From: an uncultured Clostridia bacterium
GTDB taxonomy: Bacteria; Bacillota; Clostridia; TANB77; CAG-508
DNA: 56,739 nucleotides
NCBI GenBank assembly: GCA_947585105.1
Contig: CANPWV010000005.1
Location: 1-56,739 of the forward strand
Direction of reading: 5' to 3'
Shown: positions 1 through 9,954 of the stretch, in pieces
Position numbering within the stretch: the first letter of the stretch is position 1
Layout of the letters: each line of letters begins with the position of its first letter
Made by a program: the position numbers and the translations under genes
The notes under the pieces: model-generated
The model's database searches: none
What the model saw: only the letters and a program-made list of their open reading frames with translations
What the model was told of the DNA's origin: nothing

Positions 1-1
1 A

Positions 2-184
2 GATATAAGAATGGAAGAAGTTGATAGAAAAATACAATTAGGTGCCGCTTATCAAGAAGGAATGGAAAATGGCGAAAAAGAAAAGACTCAAAAAATAGCT
101 AAAGAAATGAAAAAAGCTAATAAACCTATTGAGGAAATAATTCAATTTACAGGTTTATCAAAAGAGGAGATTGAAAAATTGTAA
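2..184 (+). CDS. C-terminal fragment of an Rpn-family (PD-(D/E)XK) recombination-promoting nuclease / putative transposase; 5' end lies outside the window
   Basis: Frame is open from the window edge to TAA 182-184. The tail ...QKIAKEMKKANKPIEEIIQFTGLSKEEIEKL resembles the C-terminus I recall for Rpn/transposase_31 proteins. Confidence 0.45.
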   Translation, partial: DIRMEEVDRKIQLGAAYQEGMENGEKEKTQKIAKEMKKANKPIEEIIQFTGLSKEEIEKL

Positions 185-243
185 AAACAAAGTAAGAGAT
201 ACACACTAACAAACGTGTGAGACTATAGAAAAAGTCGGATAAA

Positions 244-288
244 GTCCTCCCTTATGATAATTTTTATTTTATCACGGAAGGACTTTTT
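244..288. terminator. Imperfect hairpin plus T-run between convergent genes
   Basis: GTCCTCCCTTATGATAA ... TTATCACGGAAGGAC followed by TTTTT. Confidence 0.4.
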
Positions 289-310
289 ACACAAGTTTTT
301 CTATAGTCTC

Positions 311-3300
311 TTATATTTCAAGTTCTGGGCATTCTACCCATTCAAAAGCCGTTTTATATCTCGAATTCGAAGTTCCACGACTGACACCTTTCCAACGACC
401 TAATATTCCGTAATTATTTGCACCAGTTCCAAAAACTCGTCCATCACTCGTAGTTGCTACATACCAACCATTTCCACCAGCTACATCAATTACTTTTTCA
501 TTCTCTATTTTAAAATCGATTTCAAATGGAATTTGTTGAACATCCTCATTAGAAATCGCTACTCCTAGCAATCTCTTTAATCCAAAGCCGTAAGCTTTTC
601 CATTTGATGTTAAAAATAAACAAGAATTCCAACTATCACCGAATACTAAACTTTTCAACTTTGCTCAAATTATCTATATCAAAGTCTACAAATAAACTCA
701 CTCCGTCTTTTCCAACCCCATTAACAGAATTTCCAAAATTTCTTCCACTTGTTGCTATATGATATTTACCATCCTTTATATAACCAATATATGTATTAGT
801 ATATTTCATTCCCAAAAGTTCAACCTTTTCACTATTTTTTATAAATTCAGTTGCGGATTCCCACTTTACAGGAACAAAAGACCTACTCCCAATTCTACCG
901 CCATCACAACAACCCCAATTCCAAATTTCTAAATTTTCTCCATTTCTCACAAGGGTCACAGTATCTTCATTAAATGTCAAAACATCTTCAACATTTTTCA
1001 TCACAAATGTCGGTATAATACAGTTCTCTTCTCGACCGGTACCAAGATAAGAATAAACATCCCAAGCATAATCCAAATAATGACCCGAAACATATAAAGA
1101 ATTTTCATCAGAATCATTCGTTAATATATACATTTTATAATTGCTAAAATAATAATCTTTAACTTTACCATCGATATGATTAAAAATTTCAGTGTCTTGT
1201 AATACATCTTTTAATCTAACAAAATTTGGCTGAGATCTCGACACCTCAGTATTCAGTCCCAAAACCCAAGAATCACTCCCAGCAACCCATAAATCATAAT
1301 TCGTATCTATATATGCCACACTACTAGAGGAATTACTTGATAAACAGTCAATTGATGAATTTGCTTTAAATTTTCTTACATTATGTGCAACCAATTCCCA
1401 ATTTTGCTGCAAAATTTCTTCTCTAAATAAAATTTTCTTATCACCTGTACAATAAATATCTCCATTATCATTAATCAAAGCGCACTCAGAAAACGAATTT
1501 GAATCTAAAAATCTTACAAAGTTAAGAGTTTCTGTATTACTTTTTTCAAATCCATTTGAAAAACCACTCGCCCTGTTAATTCCTAAAAAGCCAAAATTTC
1601 CACATCCAAACACTTCACCTTTTTCTGTTAAAAATAATAAACAATTTTTATTGTATACATCAAAATCAATAATGTCACTACCGGAAATACCATCTGGAAA
1701 ATATTCATTAAGCAAAAAAGGTTCTTGAATTTTTCCCGCAAAATTAATAACTCCGATACTAGTATCTTTATCACGCCATCCATAATATTCTATTGTTCCA
1801 TCTAATGATTCCTTTTTAAAGACAAAGAATCCCCAAGGTGCACCCTTTAATTCAGTAATTACACCATCACTTAATTCAACTTCTATTTTTTTAAAGCTCA
1901 CCAAATCCTTAACATACACATTTCCATCACTACCTAAAATAGCAAATTTGGGGCAAACATTCGAATCATACAAAGGAAAACATTTTTTTATAAAAATAGA
2001 ATCTTGACTTCCAATTGTTCCATCATTTATTTCTATAAATTTTGTTATATTCTGGTTTTTATATTCGGTATCTTTAAAAAATTTAATCATATCTGCAGCA
2101 CTACCGATAGCATTATTCCCATTTGTATATCCTGAGTAATATAATCTTAATTTTCCATTATCATTATAAACTATTATATTAGCACCCAAATTATCTCCAC
2201 ATACATTTTCAATATTTTCCGGATGTTCAAAATCAACTTTTTTAAATTTATCACTAGACGTTACTTGCTCTCCTGTTCCAAGTTCTCCATATATATTATA
2301 ACCACTTGAATATAATTCATATACTCCATTAGTTTCAGTAATTACAAATGTAGCATAGCCTGTTGGGAAAACTTTGTAAACTTTCTTACTTCCTATTATA
2401 TTATTATTCTCGTCATAACTTCCACCTATATTTAATTTTGTTGCTTCCATTCCTGTATATTCTTTAAGTTGGTAGTCATTTAAACCTAGTTTATTATAAC
2501 CATTATCTCCCCATGCCCATAAATCTTTATTTGAGTCAATTACATATATTGTATCACTTCCCATCACTACTTGTATATTATCTGTATTATACCCTGGTAT
2601 TACTGATGGAATTGTAAGTTTTGTCCATTTATATGGATTTATTTTTTCCATCTCTTCTTCTGGTGTATTTAACAATGGTCCTTTTACTCCTTTTCCATAT
2701 AAATCTCCATTATTATATAATTTATATATATTGTCATTTGTTACATCTGCTATTATTTTAAATCCATAAGGATTTATTATTTTCTCTGATTCATCTACTA
2801 TATTTCCGTTTGCATCTAAATAATGACCTTCTTTGTCCATATAATATTCTGAACCTGCGTAAACTATGTTTCCTCCTCCATCTCCTTCTGCTTCAGCAAA
2901 TTGTGGTGTATCTGTTGCTCCGCCTCTTATCATTTGAGCCATATGCAAACTATGTACTTCTATTCCTCCAATATTTGCTCCTGATACAGAATATATCATA
3001 CTATTTTGCGCATCTATTATATATTTCTTATTTGTTTTTATATCTAACACTTTATTATCTAAATAATATAAATCTTGGACTCCTGCTGGGTAAAAGACCA
3101 ATTCTGAACTATAAGCCGTCTTAAAATCTCCTGGATTTGATGTTATACTTACCTTTTCTGGTTTTTTATTAGAAATTGTCCATGTTCTATAATAGCCAAC
3201 TTCTCCCATAAATCTTGGACTTTTTTCCATTGTTGCAACTTCTACCATTGAGACCGTTGGAAGGCTTACATCTTCTAAATCATCAATTTTCTTACTAGCT

Positions 3301-3450
3301 TTCCAAGTATCAAAAGCTTCTTGAACAGCTGTCATTTCTTGAACGAAACTAGCATACATCGCGTTATTTATAATTCCATTGTCCCCGAATTATTGCGTTT
3401 AGAGAGACACCCGCTAAAATAAGCAGTACAATAATTGTCGTTTTGTTATT
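311..3450 (-). CDS. Large RCC1-repeat (beta-propeller) surface protein, cassette 1. No start codon; two +1 CGG sites.
   Basis: Track ORFs 636..3359 and 311..658 plus the upstream box join into one frame when CGG 3387-3385 and 641-639 are read +1. RCC1-type repeats are present (WAWGDNGYNKLGL, SSGYNIYGELGTG, GTGANNYGILGR). The N-terminus is NNKTTIIVLLILAGVSLNAII-GDNGIINNA. The frame opens directly after TAA 3453-3451 with no ATG/GTG/TTG or SD. Confidence 0.8.
639..641 (-). other. In-frame CGG / +1 recoding site
   Basis: ATT CGG TGA in frame 0; +1 gives ..KFSI-GDSWNSC.. Confidence 0.85.
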
Positions 3451-3460
3451 TTATGACGAA
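3361..3460 (-). repeat. Conserved 5' cassette box, copy 1
   Basis: Minus strand reads TTCGTCATAAAATAACAAAACGACAATTATTGTACTGCTTATTTTAGCGGGTGTCTCTCTAAACGCAATAATTCGGGGACAATGGAATTATAAATAACGC. It is about 90% identical to the copies at 29479-29578 and 31981-32078. Confidence 0.9.
3385..3387 (-). other. In-frame CGG / +1 recoding site
   Basis: ATA ATT CGG GGA; +1 gives ..LNAII-GDNGIINNAMYASF.. Confidence 0.85.
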
Positions 3461-3526
3461 AATATTTAATTTTTTTGTGGAATTTTTTTAAATTTTATAG
3501 TAAAATAAAACTTAAGGAGTATTTTT

Positions 3527-4312
3527 ATGATTATAAATGAAAAAACGAAAAAATTATTGCCAATAAAAAATTTAAATGATTTATATGTTGTTGCTGATTT
3601 TGATAAAACTATCACAAAAGGCTCTAGTCAGTCATCTTGGGGAATTTTAGCAAATAGTAATTTAGTTCCTAAAGATTATGTTTCTGAAAGGACTTCACTA
3701 TTTAATCATTATAGACCAATAGAAATAGACGAAACTCTTGATTTTAAAGAAAAATCAAAAGAGATGAAAGACTGGTTTCAAAAGCATATAAACCTTTTGA
3801 TAAAATACAAAATAAGTGACGAAATTTTCAAGAAAGCTTCTAAAGATTTAAGTATGTTAGAATTTAGAAAAGGTGCAAAAGAATTTATTGATTTTTTGCA
3901 TAAAAATAATATACCATTAATTATTATAAGTGCTGGAATTGGAAATTTTATAGAGGCCTTCCTAAAAGAAAATAATTGTTATTTTGACAATGTATATATT
4001 AGTAGTAATAAAATTATTTTTAAAGACGGAATTGCTTGTGGAGCCCAAAAAGACATCATTCATAGCTTAAATAAAAATGAAATTTCACTTCCAAAAAAGA
4101 TAAAAGAAAAATTAAAAGATAAAAAACAAGTTATTCTTTTAGGAGATCAACTAAGTGATTTAAACATGATTGATTACTCAAAACATGATTCTATTATTTC
4201 TGTAGGATTTATTGTTGAAGAATCTCAGAAAAAATCTATAATAGATAACTTTGATATTGTTTCTGAAAATGAAGACGATGATTATATAAAACTTTTAAAA
4301 TTATTATTTTAA
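3527..4312 (+). CDS. HAD-superfamily hydrolase, pyrimidine 5'-nucleotidase (UMPH-1)-like
   Basis: 261-aa ORF with SD AAGGAG 8 nt upstream. HAD motif I is VVADFDKTIT and a GDQLSDL motif lies late in the protein. Confidence 0.75.
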   Translation: MIINEKTKKLLPIKNLNDLYVVADFDKTITKGSSQSSWGILANSNLVPKDYVSERTSLFNHYRPIEIDETLDFKEKSKEMKDWFQKHINLLIKYKISDEIFKKASKDLSMLEFRKGAKEFIDFLHKNNIPLIIISAGIGNFIEAFLKENNCYFDNVYISSNKIIFKDGIACGAQKDIIHSLNKNEISLPKKIKEKLKDKKQVILLGDQLSDLNMIDYSKHDSIISVGFIVEESQKKSIIDNFDIVSENEDDDYIKLLKLLF

Positions 4313-4341
4313 AAAAGAATTTGTATTTAACAAATTCTTTT
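4313..4341. terminator. Bidirectional hairpin terminator
   Basis: AAGAATTTGT-attta-ACAAATTCTT flanked by an A-run and a T-run, between convergent genes. Confidence 0.6.
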
Positions 4342-4613
4342 TATCTTCCTTCTTCCTGTTCTTGTTCTTTTGGTGTTTGCCCAATATTTTTGTCTGCCTT
4401 TTGTACGACCTTATCATTAACAATTACACCTTTAGCTTTTAAAACTTCCATATCAATTTCTGATAAAAGTCCTCTTTCTATCATATTTTCAATAACTTTA
4501 TCATAATTTAACGCATTTCTTCCAGCTTCTATTATTTCATTTGTTCTTTCTTTATTTTTTTCTATAGTTTCTTTTATTTTATTTGAACCGTCTTCGATAC
4601 TATATTGAATCAT
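4341..4613 (-). CDS. Hypothetical 90-aa protein, third gene of a 3-gene operon
   Basis: ORF with SD AAGGAGA upstream. No in-frame CGG and no recognisable motif. Confidence 0.6.
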   Translation of the reverse strand: MIQYSIEDGSNKIKETIEKNKERTNEIIEAGRNALNYDKVIENMIERGLLSEIDMEVLKAKGVIVNDKVVQKADKNIGQTPKEQEQEEGR

Positions 4614-4616
4614 AGC

Positions 4617-4778
4617 TTATCTCCTTTTATTAAATTTTGAGACAATATTTTCTTTTATATTTGTTTCAACTTGTTTTAGTGATTTTGACATTTTGTCAAG
4701 TTTTTCCATATTTTCTTCATCTAAATTTACCATTTGTCCCGCAATAAATTTTTCACCTAATTTTAATTCATCACTCAT
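4617..4778 (-). CDS. Hypothetical 53-aa protein, below the track cutoff
   Basis: ATG 4778-4776 to TAA 4619-4617, MSDELKLGEKFIAGQMVNLDEENMEKLDKMSKSLKQVETNIKENIVSKFNKRR. SD GGAGAG lies upstream and the ORF is tightly packed between its neighbours. Confidence 0.45.
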   Translation of the reverse strand: MSDELKLGEKFIAGQMVNLDEENMEKLDKMSKSLKQVETNIKENIVSKFNKRR

Positions 4779-4792
4779 AACAAACTCTCCTT

Positions 4793-5569
4793 TTAAGCAG
4801 CTCCTGTCATTTCTTCTATTTCACTAGCAAAATTTACTGTATTTTGTTTAGTTTTATTTACATACATTTCTATTGTTTCTACTTTCATTTTATTAATTCT
4901 TGCTGCATATTTTTGCAAAACATACTTAGAAAAATTTTCATAGCCATGAAACATATTTTTAATTTTGTTTATAATTTTTGTAATTGGATTTACTTTTTGA
5001 ACCACAGCTAAAGCTTGTTCTTGCTTGATTTCAAATAATTCTTTAAAATCTTCTTCTCTTCTATTTTTGCAATCTTCAAATTCTTTATCACATCTAGCAA
5101 TTATCTTTTCATACATAGCAAGTTTTCTCTTATAACCATTTATTTCTTGATTTAAATTTTCATAAGATTCAACTGGTTTTTCAGCTAATTCGCAAATATT
5201 TCTCATAACATTTGCTTCTCTAATTTTAAAGAAATAATATTTTTGTTTTTCTTCAGCAGTATACATTATATTTTGAATATTTATAAACTCATCATTATAA
5301 GCTTTCATAAATCTATTTGTTTCTTCAACAAATGATCTTACAATACTATTCATACTGTTAGTATATTTTTCAGGAAGTTGTCCAAAATCTTTTGCACTAT
5401 AAGCAATATCTTTTTTTATATCTTGAATATTTTGAAGACGCATTTCATTATTTAGTCTTATAAAAATCGCAGAAATTACAGATACTCTTGAATCTTCTGT
5501 TCCAGCAAGTTGTTTTATATCTTGAACTAAATTCTGATTTTCAGTTTTTATTTTTTCTAATTCGTCCAA
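4793..5569 (-). CDS. Hypothetical 258-aa protein, predicted coiled-coil
   Basis: Long ORF with SD AAGGAGGGAAA upstream. Heptad-like charged sequence, no catalytic motif seen. Confidence 0.7.
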   Translation of the reverse strand: MDELEKIKTENQNLVQDIKQLAGTEDSRVSVISAIFIRLNNEMRLQNIQDIKKDIAYSAKDFGQLPEKYTNSMNSIVRSFVEETNRFMKAYNDEFINIQNIMYTAEEKQKYYFFKIREANVMRNICELAEKPVESYENLNQEINGYKRKLAMYEKIIARCDKEFEDCKNRREEDFKELFEIKQEQALAVVQKVNPITKIINKIKNMFHGYENFSKYVLQKYAARINKMKVETIEMYVNKTKQNTVNFASEIEEMTGAA

Positions 5570-5660
5570 AAGATTTCCCTCCTTTTATAATTTTTCAATT
5601 ATATTGTATTTCATAAAATATTAAAAATCAATATCTGTTACAAAAATGAAATAAAAGCAA

Positions 5661-5694
5661 AAAATAAAATCTGGCTGACGCTAGATTTTATTTT
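5661..5694 (-). terminator. Rho-independent terminator ending the ileS transcript
   Basis: 15-bp stem AAAATAAAATCTGGC / GCTAGATTTTATTTT with loop TGAC. T-runs flank it on both strands. Confidence 0.75.
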
Positions 5695-5700
5695 ATAATA

Positions 5701-5861
5701 CTATCCGAGTGACATAAAGCTTCGCTTTCTGTCCCACAGCCTATTCCACTTATAAATCTATCCGAGTGACTACGCGCTTCGCACGCCGTCCCACGAGTTA
5801 CTCCGTTTAAATTTATAGAACTCGAGTAACAGACATCAAAGATGTCTGTTTCACGGCCTAC
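5701..5861 (-). repeat. Three tandem ~57-60-nt hairpin modules in the ileS 3' UTR
   Basis: CTATCCGAGTGAC occurs at 5701 and 5758 (GAACTCGAGTAAC at 5818). GTCCCAC occurs at 5731 and 5788 (GTTTCAC at 5848). Between these flanks lie different but self-complementary inner stems, for example ACAGACATC-aaa-GATGTCTGT at 5829-5849. Confidence 0.7.
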
Positions 5862-5865
5862 TCTT

Positions 5866-8649
5866 TTAATCAAGTAAATTTTTAACACATTTTTCACATA
5901 AAGTTGGATGAGTGCTGTTTTTACCAACAGTTACGGAGTAACTCCAGCATCTTTCACACTTCTCTCCATCTGCTTTTGAGACCTTTATTCCGATATCTAC
6001 CTCTTTATCTTCATTTCGTCTATTGTTTTTAACTTCTACTCCAGATACTATAAAGATGTCTTTTAATAAATCTTCTTTATCTTTTAAGAAATCATATTGT
6101 TCTCCTTCAGCAAACAACTCAACTTTAGCCTCTAATGAAGTTCCTATTTTCTTTGAAGCTCTTTCCTCTTCTAATTTCTTAGAAACAAGATCTTTTACTT
6201 TTATCAATTTCCCCCATTTCATTTCTAAAGCTTCATTATTATATTCAGGATTTACTTTTGGATAGTAATTTAACATTACACTTTCCAAATTATCAGTTTT
6301 CTTGTGTGGCATATATTTCCAAATTTCTTCAGCTGTAAATGAAGTCATTGGAGCCATTATTCTAACTAAAGCGCTTAATATTTCATACATAGCTGTTTGA
6401 GCAGAGCGTCTTTCTAAAGAATCTTTTTTGTAAGTATATAATCTATCTTTTATAATATCTAAATAAGTGGCGCTCATATCAACTACGCAAAATTGATTTA
6501 AAGCACGATACGCTTGATTAAACTCATATTTGTCATAAGCTTTAGTACAATCATCAATTAAATGATTTAATTTTGTCAAAGCCCATTTGTCAATTTCTAA
6601 TAAATCTTTATATGGAACTGGATTTTCTACATCAAAACCATTTAAATTTCCAAGTAAAAATCTAGCAGTATTTCTTAATTTTCTATAAACTTCGCTTACT
6701 TGTTTCATAATATTTTCTGAAACACTTATATCTGAAGTATAATCAGAAGCTAAAACCCAAAGTCTTAGGATATCAGAGCCATATTTTTTGATAACATCTT
6801 TAGGGTCAACAACATTTCCGATTGATTTACTCATTTTGAAGCCTTTTTCATCAACAGTATATCCATGTGTTAAAACTTCTTTATATGGAGCTTTTCCTTT
6901 TGTAGCAACAGAAGTCAAAAGTGAACTTTGGAACCAACCTCTATATTGGTCACTTCCCTCTAAATATAAGTCAGCTTCAGGAAGTCCACGTTCAGCTAAA
7001 ACAGATTCATGTGTTGATCCTGAATCAAACCAAACATCCATAATATCTGTTTCTTTCCTAAACTCTGTTCCTCCACATTCTTGACACTTAGCGCCATTTG
7101 GCATCAATTCTTTTTCACTTAAATCAAACCAAGCGTTAGTTCCTTTTTCTTTAACTATATCTTGAATTTTCTTTAATGATTCTTCTGTTACATATTCTTT
7201 TTCACATTTTTTACAATAGAAAATTGGAATTGGAACACCCCAAGTTCTTTGACGACTTATACACCAGTCGTTTCTGTCTTCTATCATTTTTGTGATTCTT
7301 TCTTCGCCCCATGATGGAATCCATTTAACTGTTTTAACAGCGTCTAAAGTTTCTTTTCTAAATCCATCAACAGAAGCAAACCATTGATTTGTAGCTCTAA
7401 AGATAACTGGCTTTTTACATCTCCAGCAATGTGGATATGAGTGGTTTACAACCTCTGAAGCTAATAATCTATTATTATCTCTTAACCATTCTAAAATAGC
7501 TTTGTCAGATTTTGAATAAAACATATCTCTGAATGGTCCAGCACCTTCACCTCTTTGAACACCTTTACTATCAACTAAAACTATAATATCACTATTATGT
7601 TTTAATCCTAATAAATAGTCTTCTTTACCATAGCTTGGCGCAATATGAACACAGCCAGAACCTGTTCCAAGCTCAACGTTTACTGTATCTTCGCTTCCAC
7701 AAACAACTTTTGATTCTCTATCTAAAAATGGATGATTACAAATTACACCTTTTAATTTTTCTCCGTCAATTTCGCAAGTAATTTTATATTCGTCTATTCC
7801 AGCTTTTTTCATAACAGTTTCAACTAAATCTTTAGCAAAAATTAATTTCTCACCATTTGGAGTTTCTACAACCGCATATTTAAAATCTGGTCCAACCGCA
7901 ATCATAGTATTTCCTGGCAATGTCCAAGGTGTTGTAGTCCAAATTACAGCATAAGCGTTTTTACTATCAAATAAACCTTTAGAATCTTTTACTGGAAATT
8001 TTACATAAGCAGTATTTGAATTTACATCTTTATATTCAATTTCGGCTTCGGCTAAAGCTGTTTCACAGTCAGTACACCAATAAACAGGTTTTAAACCTTT
8101 ATATATATAACCTTTTTTATACATAGTAGCAAATACACCAAGTTGTTTTGCTTCCATTTGTGGTTGATATGTAATATAAGGATTTTCCCAATCACCTAAT
8201 ACACCTAGTCTTTTGAAACCTTCTGTTTGAATATCTTTATATTTTTCAGTAAAATCTCTACATGTATTTCTGAAATCAGTTACTGGAATTTCATCTCTAT
8301 TTAAACCTAATTTTTCAATTGCTTTTTTCTCAGTAGGCATACCATGTGTATCATAACCTGGTACAAATGGAGTATAGAAACCTTGTAAATTTTTATATCT
8401 TACAATAGTATCTTTTAAAATTTTATTTAAAGCGTGTCCAATGTGAATTTCACCATTAGCGTAAGGTGGTCCATCATGTAAAACAAATGGAGTTTTTCCT
8501 TCATTTTTCTTTAACATTTTTTCATATAAATCTTGAGTAAATTTTTCCTCTTGAATTTTTGGTTCATTTTCTGGCAAATTTCCTCTCATTGGAAAATCTG
8601 TTACTGGTAAATTTAAAGTACTATTATAGTCTTTTTTCTCTTCGCTCAT
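5866..8649 (-). CDS. ileS: Isoleucine--tRNA ligase
   Basis: Class I motifs are present (PYANGEIHIGHALN, KMSKS), as is a C-terminal CxxC...CxxC zinc finger. The likely start is MSEEKK at 8649 with SD GGAGAA. No in-frame CGG. Confidence 0.97.
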   Translation of the reverse strand: MSEEKKDYNSTLNLPVTDFPMRGNLPENEPKIQEEKFTQDLYEKMLKKNEGKTPFVLHDGPPYANGEIHIGHALNKILKDTIVRYKNLQGFYTPFVPGYDTHGMPTEKKAIEKLGLNRDEIPVTDFRNTCRDFTEKYKDIQTEGFKRLGVLGDWENPYITYQPQMEAKQLGVFATMYKKGYIYKGLKPVYWCTDCETALAEAEIEYKDVNSNTAYVKFPVKDSKGLFDSKNAYAVIWTTTPWTLPGNTMIAVGPDFKYAVVETPNGEKLIFAKDLVETVMKKAGIDEYKITCEIDGEKLKGVICNHPFLDRESKVVCGSEDTVNVELGTGSGCVHIAPSYGKEDYLLGLKHNSDIIVLVDSKGVQRGEGAGPFRDMFYSKSDKAILEWLRDNNRLLASEVVNHSYPHCWRCKKPVIFRATNQWFASVDGFRKETLDAVKTVKWIPSWGEERITKMIEDRNDWCISRQRTWGVPIPIFYCKKCEKEYVTEESLKKIQDIVKEKGTNAWFDLSEKELMPNGAKCQECGGTEFRKETDIMDVWFDSGSTHESVLAERGLPEADLYLEGSDQYRGWFQSSLLTSVATKGKAPYKEVLTHGYTVDEKGFKMSKSIGNVVDPKDVIKKYGSDILRLWVLASDYTSDISVSENIMKQVSEVYRKLRNTARFLLGNLNGFDVENPVPYKDLLEIDKWALTKLNHLIDDCTKAYDKYEFNQAYRALNQFCVVDMSATYLDIIKDRLYTYKKDSLERRSAQTAMYEILSALVRIMAPMTSFTAEEIWKYMPHKKTDNLESVMLNYYPKVNPEYNNEALEMKWGKLIKVKDLVSKKLEEERASKKIGTSLEAKVELFAEGEQYDFLKDKEDLLKDIFIVSGVEVKNNRRNEDKEVDIGIKVSKADGEKCERCWSYSVTVGKNSTHPTLCEKCVKNLLD

Positions 8650-8680
8650 AATAAATTTCTCCTTACAAAATTTGTATATA

Positions 8681-8709
8681 ATTATATTTGGAAATTGATT
8701 TATTGTCAA
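8681..8709 (-). promoter_or_regulatory. Sigma-A-type promoter for ileS
   Basis: Minus strand reads TTGACA (8709-8704), a 17-nt spacer, then TATAAT (8686-8681). The leader is only about 30 nt, so there is no room for a T-box. Confidence 0.6.
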
Positions 8710-8720
8710 GAGTTTTAGAA

Positions 8721-9933
8721 TTATTTATAATCATTTTTTCGCTCTATAGAGCTATTCATATCATTTCCTCTAGAAATTTTATTAAAACCATATTTTTCTT
8801 TTATAGTATCAATCGTATTATCTATTTTTGATTGTTTATCATCTTTTTGAATTTCAAAAATAGAAATTTGTCCTTCATCATTTGATTCTAATTTGTCAAG
8901 TCTAACACCTATAAGTCTTATAGGTGTACTTACTGTATACATCTCTTTTAGAAGTTCTTTTGCTTCTTCATAAATTATTTTACTTGAATCAGTTTTTTCT
9001 AACATTTTTTTCTGATGAGAAAAATTAACAAAATCTTTTGTTCTTAAATTAACATTTACTACACTCGCTTTCATATTCTTTTTTCTAAGCCTAAAACAAA
9101 CTTGATCTGTTAAATTAGCTAAAACTTCTTCTAATTTTTCTATATTTGAAACATCAACTGGAAGAGTTGTACTCATTCCTATTCCTTTCGGTTTTTCAGG
9201 AATAGAAATAACTTCTGAATTATCAATTCCATTACTATATTCCCACATTTGTTTTCCAAATTTTCCAAATTTTTTTATTAGAAAATCTTTATCAGTATTG
9301 GCAAGTTCTCCAATTGTTCTTATTTTCATATTATATAATTTAGGCACAGTTTTCTTTCCTAAAAACAATAATTCTTTTACAGGAAGTGGCCACATTTTTG
9401 TTTTTATTTCATCAAAATATAAAGTATGAATTTTATCAGGTTTTTCAAAATCAGAAGCCATTTTAGCTAAAAGCTTATTACTTGAAATTCCGATATTTAC
9501 TGTAAATCCAAGCTCCTCTTTAGTTCTTCTGTTTATTTCTTTAGCAACCTCCATTACATCTCTTCCCATTAAATAATGAGTCAAATCTAAGAAACATTCA
9601 TCAATACTAAATCTTTCAATTTTATCAGTATATTCTAAAAGTAATTTATATAATTGATTTGAATAATAACTATATTTTCTGTAATCTCCCTTAAAAACTT
9701 GTAAATTTGGGCATTTCTGTCTAGCCATATATAATGTTTCTCCGAGTAGTTATTCCACATTTTTTAGCAGGAATACTTTTTGCAAGAACTATACCAGCTC
9801 TTCTTTCTTCATCTCCTCCTATAACAGAAGGTATTTCTCTTATATCAATAGTTTCGCCATTTTTTAATCTTTCAATTGCGGTCCAACTAAGAAAAGCATT
9901 ATTAACATCAACATGTAAAATTATTCTTTCCAT
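8721..9933 (-). CDS. dinB: DNA polymerase IV (Y-family); one +1 CGG site
   Basis: Track ORFs 9721..9933 and 8721..9728 join at CGG 9744-9742 to give ...AKKCGITT-GETLYMARQKCPNL... The N-terminus ILHVDVNNAFLS is typical of the family. Confidence 0.9.
9742..9744 (-). other. In-frame CGG / +1 recoding site
   Basis: ACT ACT CGG AGA; +1 gives ..GITT-GETLYMARQKCP.. Confidence 0.9.
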
Positions 9934-9954
9934 AGAAATATCTCCTATAAAATT

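Noticed and set aside
2810-3124. Numerous short antisense or overlapping ORFs in the track. Examples are 2810..3124, 4321..4506, 6023..6265, 6788..7084, 9734..9958, 11972..12169, 13299..13484, 18547..18762, 18850..19464, 28531..28713, 29088..29282, 31121..31333, 31529..31852, 35183..35392, 37853..38110, 41384..41632, 44950..45234, 45579..46158, 46494..47062, 48029..48453, 49053..49244, 51139..51327, 52264..53490, 53593..53799 and 56470..56679.
   Set aside because: They lie opposite to, or out of frame with, strongly supported genes. They have low-complexity Leu/Phe/Ile/Ser-rich composition typical of AT-rich shadow frames, and they lack an SD.
5701-5861. CRISPR array or type III toxin-antitoxin RNA repeats (ToxI-like).
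   Set aside because: There are only three units. The variable parts are self-complementary hairpins, not spacers. The units are diverged with compensatory changes rather than near-identical, and the downstream 258-aa coiled-coil protein does not resemble ToxN/AbiQ-type toxins.
5688-5927. Track ORF of 79 aa on the minus strand.
   Set aside because: It runs through the ileS stop codon and the three hairpin modules. Its composition reflects RNA structure and it has no SD.
8650-8720. T-box leader upstream of ileS.
   Set aside because: Only about 70 nt separate ileS from dinB. That space is occupied by a consensus promoter and the SD, so there is no room for a specifier and terminator structure.
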